Shown here: in pieces, positions 33,789-43,500 of the stretch
Numbering within the stretch: position 1 is the first letter of the stretch
How the letters are laid out: each line of letters starts with the position of its first letter
Origin: a virus
Virus record (IMG/VR): IMGVR_UViG_3300042090_002148
Length of the DNA: 64,000 nt
Reading direction: 5' to 3' (one strand)
Notes under the pieces: generated by a model
The model's input: the letters and a program-made list of their open reading frames with translations, nothing else
Told to the model about the DNA's origin: nothing
The model's database searches: none
Position numbers and translations under genes: made by a program

Positions 33789-34529
33789 TCAGCCGCCGTG
33801 CCCTACCGAGGGCACGCTGTTCACCGGGGGCGCCCCCAGAGTGAAGCCGGGGACCATCTTGCGCGCGGACTCCTCGGCCTGGGCAAGGATGCTCTGGTCG
33901 GTCGTGGAGACCGGCGCAGGCGCCTGCCCCGCCTGGCCGGCGAGCTGCTCACGCAGAGAGACCGGGAGGGGCTTGGGGGCCGGAGCCGCGGGCGCCTCGA
34001 GAGACTGCGTGGCCTTGGTCACAGCCGCCAGGTAGAGGCGCTCCTCCACCGGCGTGCGCGCCGCGTTGTTCGCGAGGGCCACCACGATCTCGGTGGCGTT
34101 GCGCTCACGAACCACGCTCTCCCCGATGAGGGAGGGCGAGACCGCGTTGACCGGAAGGCGGAGCGCCTCGGTGGGTGCCGTCGCGCTGGAGTCCTTCGCC
34201 TGGGTCTCGCGAACCGTGGTGGTCGCGACAGGAGCGCGACGCGCAGCGCGCTTGGCAGCGGGTGCGGCCTTCGCAGCTGGCTTGGCAGCGGCCTTCTTCG
34301 CGACCTTCTTGGCAGCAGCCTTCTTCGCCGTCTTCTTCGCGGCGCGCGGAGCTGCAGCCTTGCTGCCGTCCTCGCCGAAGTAGCTGTTGATAGCGTTGGC
34401 TGCGAGCTGCCGGTCGTGCGGACCCCAGTCGCTCTTGCCCACAGCGCGACGCGCGCCAGTCGCCGTGTCGTACTTCCCTGCCTTGAGGTTTTCGCTGAAC
34501 GTCGCCAGCGTCATCCGCTCGTATGCCAT
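33789..34529 (-). CDS. Basic protein with histone-H1-like AAKK repeats
   Basis: AAKKTAKKAAAKKVAKKAAAKPAAKAAPAAKRAARR; RBS CAGGAG. Confidence 0.7.
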   Translation of the reverse strand: MAYERMTLATFSENLKAGKYDTATGARRAVGKSDWGPHDRQLAANAINSYFGEDGSKAAAPRAAKKTAKKAAAKKVAKKAAAKPAAKAAPAAKRAARRAPVATTTVRETQAKDSSATAPTEALRLPVNAVSPSLIGESVVRERNATEIVVALANNAARTPVEERLYLAAVTKATQSLEAPAAPAPKPLPVSLREQLAGQAGQAPAPVSTTDQSILAQAEESARKMVPGFTLGAPPVNSVPSVGHGG

Positions 34530-34596
34530 CTGATCATCTCCTGGGCACTCGGCCCGTAGTGGTAGAAAAGAACAAGTACTCCCGTTGTAGAAGAAG

Positions 34597-34734
34597 TCAA
34601 CGGTAGAACGTAAGAACGCAGAGCAGAGCTACCCAGATTCCGACGAAGGCAACGTACTTCCAGCCAGCTCCACGGATGGGGCGGTGAGACTCACGCATCT
34701 TTCGCAACGCTCGATCACTGAACTCTAGGGCCAT
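34597..34734 (-). CDS. 45-aa single-TM peptide
   Basis: MALEFSDRALRK...WKYVAFVGIWVALLCVLTFYR; RBS GAGGAAG; promoter motif upstream. Confidence 0.55.
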   Translation of the reverse strand: MALEFSDRALRKMRESHRPIRGAGWKYVAFVGIWVALLCVLTFYR

Positions 34735-34749
34735 GGCTTCCTCGCTTCC

Positions 34750-34797
34750 CTTGTACCCGCGACGCACCTGCAGTTGTTGTCGAAGAGAGGGTATAAG
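34750..34797. promoter_or_regulatory. Symmetric divergent arrangement of the bipartite motif sharing one central box
   Basis: CTTGTACCC-N12-CAGTTG-N12-GGGTATAAG. Confidence 0.45.
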
Positions 34798-34851
34798 CAC
34801 AACGACCACAACGCTTGCCCGTGGCGCAGTGCCCGCTGCTATCATGCGGCC

Positions 34852-35223
34852 ATGCGAATCCTCATCTACACGTTGATGTGCGCGCTCATAGCGTGCCAGA
34901 CACCAGCTCCTCCAACGCCCTGTGTTCCGGACGCGATGTCTGCGCCGGTCAAGGCAACGCCCTGCGTGAATCCCGCCCCTTCGGGGTCAGTGACGCCGCC
35001 CGCTCCCTCGCCTCCCGAGCCGCATGACGCCTGCTGGAACGCGGCGCAGAAGCTCATCGCACTCGGCTGCAAGGACACGCGCGGTCGCCTCCTCGGCGGC
35101 CCCGACCTCAGCGGTCTCACCTGGTCGCAGGTCTGTCGTCAGGACCTCTCGAACGGAGTCAACCTCAACGCGAGCTGCATCTCTGCAGCCAGCACGTGCG
35201 CGGCAGCGGAGGCATGCAAATGA
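34852..35223 (+). CDS. Cys-rich, Pro-rich lipoprotein
   Basis: MRILIYTLMCALIA-C lipobox; several further Cys; extended -10 TG-C-TATCAT upstream. Confidence 0.7.
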   Translation: MRILIYTLMCALIACQTPAPPTPCVPDAMSAPVKATPCVNPAPSGSVTPPAPSPPEPHDACWNAAQKLIALGCKDTRGRLLGGPDLSGLTWSQVCRQDLSNGVNLNASCISAASTCAAAEACK

Positions 35224-36056
35224 ACCAGATCACCTGGCAGGGCCGCACCTTCAAGAGCCACGAGCTCTTCGACAGCACGATGCCCGACGCTCTTCGGGCC
35301 CACGTCGCAGCGCCTCGTCCCTTCGAGGACGTGATGAAGTCGTTCAAGGCTTCAGACACGGCACAGGACGGAAGCGACTACGACATCCCCAACCAGCCGC
35401 CGGCGTACGACCAGGGTGACGAGGGCTCCTGCGTCCTCAACTCCACGGTCGGCGCGATGAGCATCGTCCTCGGCGTCGAGAAGCTCTCCATCGTGATGCT
35501 CTCGCGCAACTTCCTGTACTGGCTGTGCCGCGAAGTCATGGGCACCACCACGCAGGACAGCGGGACCTACTCGTCCCTCGCTGTCGACCGCGTCGGCAAG
35601 ATCGGCGTCTGCCAGGAGAGCACCTGGGCGTACGGCGACCAGACGATGTACGTCGCACCGTCGCTCCAGGCCTACAGCGAGGCCTCGGACAACAAGGCCA
35701 CCGCGTGGTTCCAGGTCGACTCTCCCAGCGCCAAGGTCGCGCGCCTCACGCAGCTCGAGGCCGCGATTCGCTCGAACCACCCGGTCATCTTCGGCACCCC
35801 CGTCGACAACGCCATCCAGACTTACCAGCCGGGACAGATCCTCACCGTCCCGGATGTGAACGCCCTCATCGGCGGTCACGAGATGGTCGTCACCGGCGTC
35901 CACTACATCAACGGCCAGCGCGTGTGGATCTGGCGCAACTCCTGGGGCACGTCCTACGGGAACAACGGCTACCTCATGGTGGACGACAACTGGATGAACT
36001 GGGCCCAGCTCCAGGACATCTGGTTGTTGACGCGGCTCTCCCCGTTGCTATTCTAG
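35220..36056 (+). CDS. Papain-like cysteine peptidase (C1A)
   Basis: DQG.EGSC (catalytic Cys), LSRNFLY, GGHEMVVTG (His), WRNSWG..YG.NGY (Asn). Confidence 0.9.
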   Translation: MNQITWQGRTFKSHELFDSTMPDALRAHVAAPRPFEDVMKSFKASDTAQDGSDYDIPNQPPAYDQGDEGSCVLNSTVGAMSIVLGVEKLSIVMLSRNFLYWLCREVMGTTTQDSGTYSSLAVDRVGKIGVCQESTWAYGDQTMYVAPSLQAYSEASDNKATAWFQVDSPSAKVARLTQLEAAIRSNHPVIFGTPVDNAIQTYQPGQILTVPDVNALIGGHEMVVTGVHYINGQRVWIWRNSWGTSYGNNGYLMVDDNWMNWAQLQDIWLLTRLSPLLF

Positions 36057-36060
36057 GTGG

Positions 36061-36717
36061 ATGCAGCGTACTCCTCCGATCATCCGCGTAGGTGACACCT
36101 ACGGACTATGGACTGTAGTAACAAGCCCCTGGCGTAATGCCAGGGGCTTTCTTGTTGTAGGGGTAGCGTGCGGCTGCTCCCCGGAGCACGAGGTCGTACG
36201 TGACGCGTACAGTGTGTATCGCGGCGACTCCGGATCTTGCGGCTGCAGACGTATGCGGGCCTCGCGGGAAGCGCATCTACGGCACGGGCAGTCCAGTGGG
36301 AAACGTACGCGTGTCTACCGCATCTGGCGTGGCATGCGGCAGCGCTGCCTAAACAAGAACAACCCTATCTACAGGGGTTATGGTGAACGAGGCATCACCA
36401 TCACTCCTCGATGGAACAAGTTCGAGAACTTCTGGAAGGACATGGGAGATCCGCCAAGCAAGCAGCACTCACTGGGTCGCATCAACAATGACGGCCCCTA
36501 CTCTAAAGCCAACTGTGAGTGGCAAACCGCAGACGCGCAGTGCAACAACACCAGAAGTACTCGCCGTGTCACTTTTGAGGGACGTACGGCATCACTCACG
36601 CAATGGGCACGTGAGTACGGACTGCGCCCGCATACCTTGCGCGCAAGACTAGAAGCTAACTGGGAAGTGCAGCGCGCCCTACAGACACCAATACGGCCAC
36701 GTAGCACGACTACCTAG
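36061..36717 (+). CDS. HNH homing endonuclease
   Basis: CGC...SCGC...YRIWRGMRQRC...YGERGI...SLGRINNDGPYSKANCEW; SLTQWAREYG. Confidence 0.85.
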   Translation: MQRTPPIIRVGDTYGLWTVVTSPWRNARGFLVVGVACGCSPEHEVVRDAYSVYRGDSGSCGCRRMRASREAHLRHGQSSGKRTRVYRIWRGMRQRCLNKNNPIYRGYGERGITITPRWNKFENFWKDMGDPPSKQHSLGRINNDGPYSKANCEWQTADAQCNNTRSTRRVTFEGRTASLTQWAREYGLRPHTLRARLEANWEVQRALQTPIRPRSTTT

Positions 36718-36724
36718 AGGAACC

Positions 36725-36922
36725 ATGGCACGACAACTCGTTCTCATCTGCGACGGCAAAGACTGCGGCACCGTACTGCTCGAGCCCCACGCGGGTTTCA
36801 TCATCAAGGGCTCCATCGAGGAGGCCGCCATCGAGAACCCGAAGCCACTTGTTTCACCGTCAGATGAGACGGTGCTCTGCAGAGAGTGCTTTCTCACCGT
36901 GCTCGGTGCAGCTACAAAGTAG
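36725..36922 (+). CDS. Small Zn-binding protein (CDGKDC...CREC)
   Basis: 65 aa; GAGG RBS. Confidence 0.65.
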   Translation: MARQLVLICDGKDCGTVLLEPHAGFIIKGSIEEAAIENPKPLVSPSDETVLCRECFLTVLGAATK

Positions 36923-36924
36923 GG

Positions 36925-37347
36925 ATGCCGAAACCACGACGGATCAACCTGCCGGTGGGCAAGGAGCTCGGTATCCTGCTGGATGTACTGGTCTGGGGAG
37001 TGCGCGAAGAGTTCCGCAAAGCGGGCAAGCCGAAGCCCACCCAGGTGGACATCATCAACAGCGCGCTCCTCGCCTACTGCCTCGAGCGAAAAGAATCCCT
37101 GCTGAAGGTGCTCGCCAATGAAGCCGACCAAGCCACCGTCGAAGACGCTCTTCAACGAGCAGGACAGCCTGCCGGACTACAGCGCTTCGCTAAGCAGCTT
37201 CACGGCCGAACCGGTCACGCCCATCCCAAGCGTCGAGGAGATCGCAGCACACCAGGCGGGACAGATAGTGCACCCGCTCTTCCAATCCACCCCCGTGTTG
37301 CCGAGGCGCTCGGAGACCTCGATCCTACAAGGCCTTCTGGGTGGTGA
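36925..37347 (+). CDS. Hypothetical protein (MPKPRRINLP...)
   Basis: N-terminal 65 aa are protein-like; tail overlaps the next gene by 230 nt. Confidence 0.5.
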   Translation: MPKPRRINLPVGKELGILLDVLVWGVREEFRKAGKPKPTQVDIINSALLAYCLERKESLLKVLANEADQATVEDALQRAGQPAGLQRFAKQLHGRTGHAHPKRRGDRSTPGGTDSAPALPIHPRVAEALGDLDPTRPSGW

Positions 37348-37657
37348 CATCCACGTCTTGCTGGACGACCGCGCGCGTAACCCGAAGCGCTACGGCCCCG
37401 AGACCTCTGCCGTCCTCGACAAGCTCGAGGGCAACCTGTCCACCACCGACCTGACCCCTGAAGACCAGCACCTCCTGAACATGGCGGTGTTCGAGTTCGC
37501 CTCGGCCCCGAAGCCAGAGCCGCCGGCGGCGATGAAGCCCAAGCCGAGGCCGAAGAAGGAGCCCGTCGCACCAGACGGAGAGGAGCCCACGCGCAAGGTG
37601 CCCTGGGACGAAGACGCGCCGGGCCAGAAGCCCGAGCTCTACTGGTGGATGAAGTAG
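37118..37657 (+). CDS. Hypothetical protein ending in ELYWWMK
   Basis: 179 aa; followed by a terminator. Confidence 0.6.
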   Translation: MKPTKPPSKTLFNEQDSLPDYSASLSSFTAEPVTPIPSVEEIAAHQAGQIVHPLFQSTPVLPRRSETSILQGLLGGDIHVLLDDRARNPKRYGPETSAVLDKLEGNLSTTDLTPEDQHLLNMAVFEFASAPKPEPPAAMKPKPRPKKEPVAPDGEEPTRKVPWDEDAPGQKPELYWWMK

Positions 37658-37662
37658 CCACC

Positions 37663-37708
37663 AAAGAGAAGAGGGCAGCCCGTAGGGGCCGCCCTCTTTC
37701 TTCTTAGC
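37663..37708 (+). terminator. Hairpin AAGAGGGC...GCCCTCTT plus TCTTCTTAGC
   Basis: Between convergent genes. Confidence 0.7.
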
Positions 37709-37720
37709 CCTCGAGGAGGA

Positions 37721-38794
37721 CTACTGGCTGAGCGAGCCGTTGGGGAGCTGGTTCCCGTCGATCTCGTACTCGATGGAGTAGGAGTGGCCCGTGCCCGCCG
37801 TGGTCCCCGCGCTGAGGCCGAGCAGGGTGTTGGCCGTGCCCGCGCCGACCACGATGGTGAAGACCGAGCCCTTCTTGAGGTCCGTGAGGACGAGGTAGCC
37901 GCTCGAGTTCACCGTCGCAGCGAGTCCCGGCCACGCCACGTTGATGGCCTGGAGGAGAGCCGCCAGGCTGAACGCGTTGGTCTGCGCGTTGAGCGTGAGC
38001 GTCTTGGCGACGGTGTTGACGGTCAGGATGAGGGTGAGCCCGTTGAGGGTGCCCGCCCCGCCGTTGCCGCCGTAGAGCGCCGCGGTGTTGAGGTTGGCGG
38101 TCCCGGTGACCACGGCTGCCGAGCTCGAGGTCGGAGCCGTCGCCGGCGTGTAGGAGCCGTACGGGGGATGCGCCTGGGGCGTGGTGATGACGCCCGTGGC
38201 CGGGGGTCCGATGAGGACACCGTCGACGATCTCGTTGCGCACGAGAGGCACCGACTGACCGCAGCGGAGCTTCGGGAGGAAGCTGAGGCCGATGACCGCA
38301 CCCGTCCCCACCGAGAAGGTGGCCCCGGTGCCCGTGCCCGCGGGCAGCGAGACAGACTGGACCTGGGCGAAGCAGCTGGCCGTCACGTAGGTCCCCGCGC
38401 CGCCGCTGGTGCCGGTGATGGTCTCCGACAGGGCGTTGCCCTGCGCGTCGAAGCCCGTGATCGTGACAGAGGCCGGCATGTTCGCCGGCGTTCCGCCCGC
38501 GACGACGACCTCGATGTTGCGCGCCGGGTACATCTCGGCGTCGCCCACCGAGCCGGTGAGGGCCGCGTAGGAGTAGGTCGCTGCGACAGTCTGGGAGGCC
38601 GTGACAGGGAGGATGGCCGTGGCGGTCGCCGGCGGGGGACCGTCGAACTCCTCGATGGCGACGCCGAGCAGCGGAGCCAGCGTGGCGGCGAGGTCCTTGC
38701 GGACGTCGAGGACTTCTTCCGCGAGGCCACCAGGACCAACGAGGAGATGAGGACGAGTCGGAGCTTGGGTGCCCCAGAGGCCTGAACCGAACAT
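37721..38794 (-). CDS. Virion structural protein sharing a beta-rich domain with the sheath inserts
   Basis: C-terminal GTANLNTAALYGG..GTLNGLTLILTVN...GAGTANTLLGLSAG matches the sheath repeat. Confidence 0.65.
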   Translation of the reverse strand: MFGSGLWGTQAPTRPHLLVGPGGLAEEVLDVRKDLAATLAPLLGVAIEEFDGPPPATATAILPVTASQTVAATYSYAALTGSVGDAEMYPARNIEVVVAGGTPANMPASVTITGFDAQGNALSETITGTSGGAGTYVTASCFAQVQSVSLPAGTGTGATFSVGTGAVIGLSFLPKLRCGQSVPLVRNEIVDGVLIGPPATGVITTPQAHPPYGSYTPATAPTSSSAAVVTGTANLNTAALYGGNGGAGTLNGLTLILTVNTVAKTLTLNAQTNAFSLAALLQAINVAWPGLAATVNSSGYLVLTDLKKGSVFTIVVGAGTANTLLGLSAGTTAGTGHSYSIEYEIDGNQLPNGSLSQ

Positions 38795-38804
38795 GATGTG
38801 TCTC

Positions 38805-39347
38805 CTAGAGTAGGGGTGTTCCGAGCTGCGGCTGACCGTACTGATTCACGCCGTATGCGAGCTGTTGTCCGAATCTTCCGCCACCGAATGTAGCAGGTCC
38901 AGGTGCCGGTTGTCCTAGTGCCTGGACTCCTTTGTTCACGCCGTACGCTCCAAGAGCCCCGGCGGCGAGAGTACCTGCACCAACAGCGAGGCCGACGCGC
39001 CCCATTGTTTTCTTCGCGGCTTGTACTCCCTGCTGACCCAACGACTTGCTCGCCTCGAGCGCCTTCTTGCCGATGTCTGCCATGGGCGTGAGGCTGAACC
39101 CCGCGGTCTTCGCGAGCTCCGCGCCGAGGTCCACGCCGACAGCGGCGAGGCGAATCATCTCCTCGGGCACGTCGGTGTGTCGCAGCGCCTCCGTTGCCGG
39201 TGCCATCTGGACGGCTGCGCGCTCGTGCTTGTCCTCGTACCTCTGGTCCTGCTCCGCGCGCACCTTCTCGTCGTCAGCATGAGCCGCCGCGAGGAACCCC
39301 TCGCTCAGCAAGGCCATGCCGATGCGCGTGATGAGCGAGCCGTTCAT
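38805..39347 (-). CDS. Putative head protein with LAKTAG motif and Gly-zipper
   Basis: From ATG 39347 (MNGSLITRIG). Confidence 0.6.
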   Translation of the reverse strand: MNGSLITRIGMALLSEGFLAAAHADDEKVRAEQDQRYEDKHERAAVQMAPATEALRHTDVPEEMIRLAAVGVDLGAELAKTAGFSLTPMADIGKKALEASKSLGQQGVQAAKKTMGRVGLAVGAGTLAAGALGAYGVNKGVQALGQPAPGPATFGGGRFGQQLAYGVNQYGQPQLGTPLL

Positions 39348-39736
39348 CCGAGCACCCAGATGCGGAGCGTGCATGCCGCTGTGTACGTGATGGCCGCGGC
39401 GGTGACGCCCGTGACAGGCAGCGCGTTGAAGTAGGCGAGGAAGGAACCAGGCGTGAGCTCCAGCGCACCCTCTCCGTTCACCGAGAGGTAGACCGGAGCG
39501 GCCTCGGCCTGGTTCGGCTCGTCGTATCGAATGAGGAGCCCCACGGCACCTGGTGAGACGATGGTGCCGAAGGGCAGGTCGAGGGTGCCACTCCCCGAGG
39601 GGTTGGCGACCTGGGCCTCGAGAGCGACGTACGACCCAGCGAAGTTGAACGGGATGGGGCTCTGCGGCAGCGACTGATCCGCTGCCAGCTGGAACTGTCC
39701 CGAGAATACAACCGGCTGGGGCGTAGGTCCGCTCAT
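39344..39736 (-). CDS. Small beta-rich structural protein
   Basis: 130 aa, directly after the tube gene. Confidence 0.6.
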   Translation of the reverse strand: MSGPTPQPVVFSGQFQLAADQSLPQSPIPFNFAGSYVALEAQVANPSGSGTLDLPFGTIVSPGAVGLLIRYDEPNQAEAAPVYLSVNGEGALELTPGSFLAYFNALPVTGVTAAAITYTAACTLRIWVLG

Positions 39737-39739
39737 GGG

Positions 39740-40498
39740 TTACGAGTTGGGGATGCCCGGGAAGGTGGCTGCAGAGCCGCCGGCGTTCGAGGAGTTGGTG
39801 TTGGTCACCAGGGTGAGCGCCGAGACTGCGACGGGGACCGCGCGCTCGAACTGCACCGCCACCGACTCCTGGATGAGGACGCCCTGCGCGTCCGTCGCCC
39901 AGCTGTGGTTCGGCAGGTAGCAGGCCTCGAAGTACACCGCCCCGAGCGTGTCGAGGTTGATGTCGCGGATGTACATCAGGATGCCGATGGGCTGCGCGAA
40001 CAGGTCCGACGCTAGGTTGACGTAGATGTTCTCGTAGCCCGGCGGGATGATGACGTCGTGCGGGTTGGACACCGACGCCGCGCCGGCGTTGGGGAACATC
40101 GCCGGGATGACCGTCGGGGGGATGAGGTCCTGGTAGTACGCGTACAGGATGCGGAGCAGAGACGCGCCGTGGTAGTAGATGCGCCCCAGCCCGAGCTGCC
40201 CCACCGTGCGGCCGGCGATGAAGTAGCTGCGCTCCGAACCGATCTCGAAGATGCGGGAGAACTGCCGCGTGTGCGAGAGATTGAAGTTCTGGATGACGCC
40301 GATGGGGAAGACGATCTGGTTGGCAGCCTGACCGTTCCCCGCAACCGCGCCGGCAACCGCCGCGGCTCCCCCGATGTTCGCGAGGCGGGGCGGACCCGCT
40401 GCGAGCATGGTGAAGCCTGCGTTGGCGTAGGCTCCGTCGACCAAGCCCGCCTGGACGTAGTTCGAGTACGGCGCCCAGTCTGAGAAGTTCCCTGCCAT
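39740..40498 (-). CDS. Tail tube protein
   Basis: 252 aa after the sheath; IGVIQNFNLSHTRQFSRIFEIGS..SYFIAG...G.LG pattern; YFEACY...VLIQESV.VQFER. Confidence 0.75.
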   Translation of the reverse strand: MAGNFSDWAPYSNYVQAGLVDGAYANAGFTMLAAGPPRLANIGGAAAVAGAVAGNGQAANQIVFPIGVIQNFNLSHTRQFSRIFEIGSERSYFIAGRTVGQLGLGRIYYHGASLLRILYAYYQDLIPPTVIPAMFPNAGAASVSNPHDVIIPPGYENIYVNLASDLFAQPIGILMYIRDINLDTLGAVYFEACYLPNHSWATDAQGVLIQESVAVQFERAVPVAVSALTLVTNTNSSNAGGSAATFPGIPNS

Positions 40499-40539
40499 GG
40501 TGGTGTCCTTTGTGAGTCAGGCTCGGAGTACGACGGTGG

Positions 40540-43500
40540 TTAGACGGTCAGGGTGAGGCGGATGTAGTTGCAGGGCAGCGGGACATCGAGGGTGATGTCC
40601 ACGTCGACCTGGTCCGGCTCGTTGGTGTCCTGGATCAGGTTGTTCAGCGTCGCGCCGATGAGCACACCCGAGTCCGAGAGGAACCCGAGAAGACCCGCGA
40701 TGACGTGCCCGAGGGAGTCGAGGAAGCCCTGGGTGATGTTGAACCGACCGATGTAGTTCTTCAGGCCGGTGCGCAGGAACTTGGCGACGAAGTCGACGAT
40801 CTTCGTGACCGAGTCCGTGCGCGTCTCGACGGATGTCATGTCCGTCGTGAGGGCCATCCGGGAGTACAGCGGGGTACCCGGGGAGTCCTGGATGATGATG
40901 TACGTGCCGCCCGCCGCCATGATGTCGAGCTGCGACTGGCTGAACGTGCCCTTCGACCCGATGACGCTGATGAAGCCCGTCATGGGGAAGTTGGTGAACG
41001 ATTGTTGCGGAGGCTGAGCTCCGATCATGCCGGCGATGGCCGCCGTCATGTAGAAGCCGTCGATGATCTGCTGGACCCCGTTGATCGTCGCCGAGCAGGA
41101 GTCCGGGAAGACCGACCAGACGCGGCGGTTCGCGTAGCCCTGGCTGGTCTGCTGGACCGTCAGCGCAATGTTGTCGTAGTCCGGCATCCCGTCGGGGAGC
41201 AGGAGCGCAGCGCCGCGGATGCGGACCGCGAAGGGCTCCGAGATGAGCGGGTCGGGCAGCGGTGTCGTCGCGTAGAAGCCGTCGTCGTTCTGACCCGGGA
41301 GGAAGCCCGAGGTCTGAATGGTGAGGACCGACCCGACGAGATTGACGATGCTGTAGTGATTGCCGTCGCCAATGTCGAGGTAGATACCTGCCGTGACCGA
41401 GTAGGGTCCGGTGCCCGTCTGCCCCGCTGCGACAAGCAGCGAGTCGAGACCGGCAATGCCAGTGTCAAACTGGTTGGTCGTCAACGTGGTGTTGCCGTCC
41501 GTGCCCGACGCGACGAGCGTGTCGATGTACGTGGTCGGTGTCTCCGCGTTGATGAGTACGATGCGCTCGCCCTTCTGGGCGGGCTCGCTCATCAGCGTGA
41601 CGTGCGTGTTGAAGACCTGGAAGACCGTGGGGTCATGGGTCAGGGGCGCGATGGCGTAGACCTCGTAGCCCTCGAGGAACTGCGCCGCGCGGGTGAACGC
41701 GTCCAGCGTGCCGAAAGGCGAGCCCTCCGTTACTGCATCGACGCCGATACCCGTGACAGCGATGCCTGGCGCGTTGAGGAGCGCGAAGTAGAGACCCAGT
41801 CCGAGCGGGTTGTCCGTCGTGATGGGGCTCAGGTTCGCTGCGAGGGTGGTCGTGTCCCCGAAGGAGAGCAGGCCGGGGTTGGTGGCCTGCGCCGTGACGT
41901 CGAGACGCAGCGCCTGGTACTGCACGTAGAGCTGCGCGCGTGCCGTGGTGACCGGGTTGCCGCGGATGTTGCGGAGGACGTTGGCCTTGATGGTCGCGTT
42001 CCCCACGTCGTCGACGGAGAGGTTCGGGATGGGACGCGTGACGCCGGTGTTGGCGTTGTTCACGTTCAGCCCGTTGGCTGTGATGTACCAGGCGTTGCCG
42101 ACGTCGCTCGAGACCGGCACCTGCGTGCTGATCTGGAGCTGGCTGTTGTTCCCTCCGGGCGCGACCTTGACGATGGTCGCGTACGGGGTGCCGTCCACCG
42201 TGATGGTGTCCCCGGGGAGGGGCTGGTAGGGGGCTCCGGTCGCTGCACTCACCGTGAGGCCGAGCGCTGTGAGCGCCGTGCCTCCGAGGACGGAGAGGAT
42301 GGACTCCGCTCCGAGCTGGGTGCTCGTGAGCACCAGGTCGCCGCCGCCGTTGGTGGTGGCAATCGTCTGACCGCCCACAGCCTCGCCGAAGAGCGCGTTG
42401 ATCTGCGCGAGGATCTTCGTGGGCGTGGTGGCGCCCATGAAGGTCAGCGTCTGCGGACCCGTGCCGTCGTCGAGCGTGAAGGTCAGACCGTCCGTGACAG
42501 CCGTGAGGCTCACGGTGCCGACGATGGACGCGGCTCCCGGAGCTGCCGTGAAGTTCGTGCCCGGGAAGTTGAGGAGGTTCGTGACAGCCGCACCGCTGCC
42601 AGCGTTGAGCGCCTGGACACCTGCGACGCCGGCGACCACACCGCCTGCCGTGAGGCCGAGGTGCGTGAGGGCCGTGCCGCCGGTGATCTGGATGGTGAAG
42701 TTCGGGCCGTACCCGACGTTCTGGAGAACGAGGAAGTGCGAGGTCACCGCCTCGTTGGCCGTTGCAAGAGAGCCGAACGAGGAAGCGAATGCCGTGAGGA
42801 TGTCCGCGATGCTGAGCGGCACCCCGAACGTCAGCGTCGCCACGGCCAGGCCGTTGAGCGAGTACATGACGGTCTCGCCGTCGAGCTCGCCGGCGACACC
42901 CGGGTTGGGGCCTGCTGTGAGGCCGAGGTGCGTGTTCGCCGTGCCTGCTCCGACCGTGATGCTGCCCGCCGCACCGGGGGTGAGGTCGGTCAGCGTGAGG
43001 ACGTTCGCAGGAGACGTGACCGCGAGGCTCGTCCACTGTGCCGCGATGGCCGCCAGGAGCGTGGCCTCGTTCAGTGCGTTGCCCGTGCCGACGAGGTTGA
43101 GCGTCGTGGCTCCGGCACCGTTCACGTTCAGGATGAGCGTCTCCCCGTCGAGGAGACCGCCGCCACCGTAGAGGCTGCCGGAGCTGATGTTCCCGCCCAC
43201 CACCTGCGCGTAGGTCGCGTAGGTGATCGTGGTGAGGTCCACGCTGCCGGTGATGGTGGCCTGCGTACCGATGCCGTTCTGGAGGAACGCCGAGGTCCGG
43301 GTGACCTCCATGAGCGCGCTTCCGAGACCCGCGCCGCCGAGGAAGAGGAAGACGCGGACGGTGTCCGGCTCAACCACGATCTCGTCGATGTTGTGGTTCG
43401 GGTCGGGGAAGCTGTCGACGTAGACCGGCGTGATGTCCTGCGTGTAGTAGACCGCGCCGGAGTAGATGCGGCCGACCGCGAAGCCGAACGCCGCGAGCAC

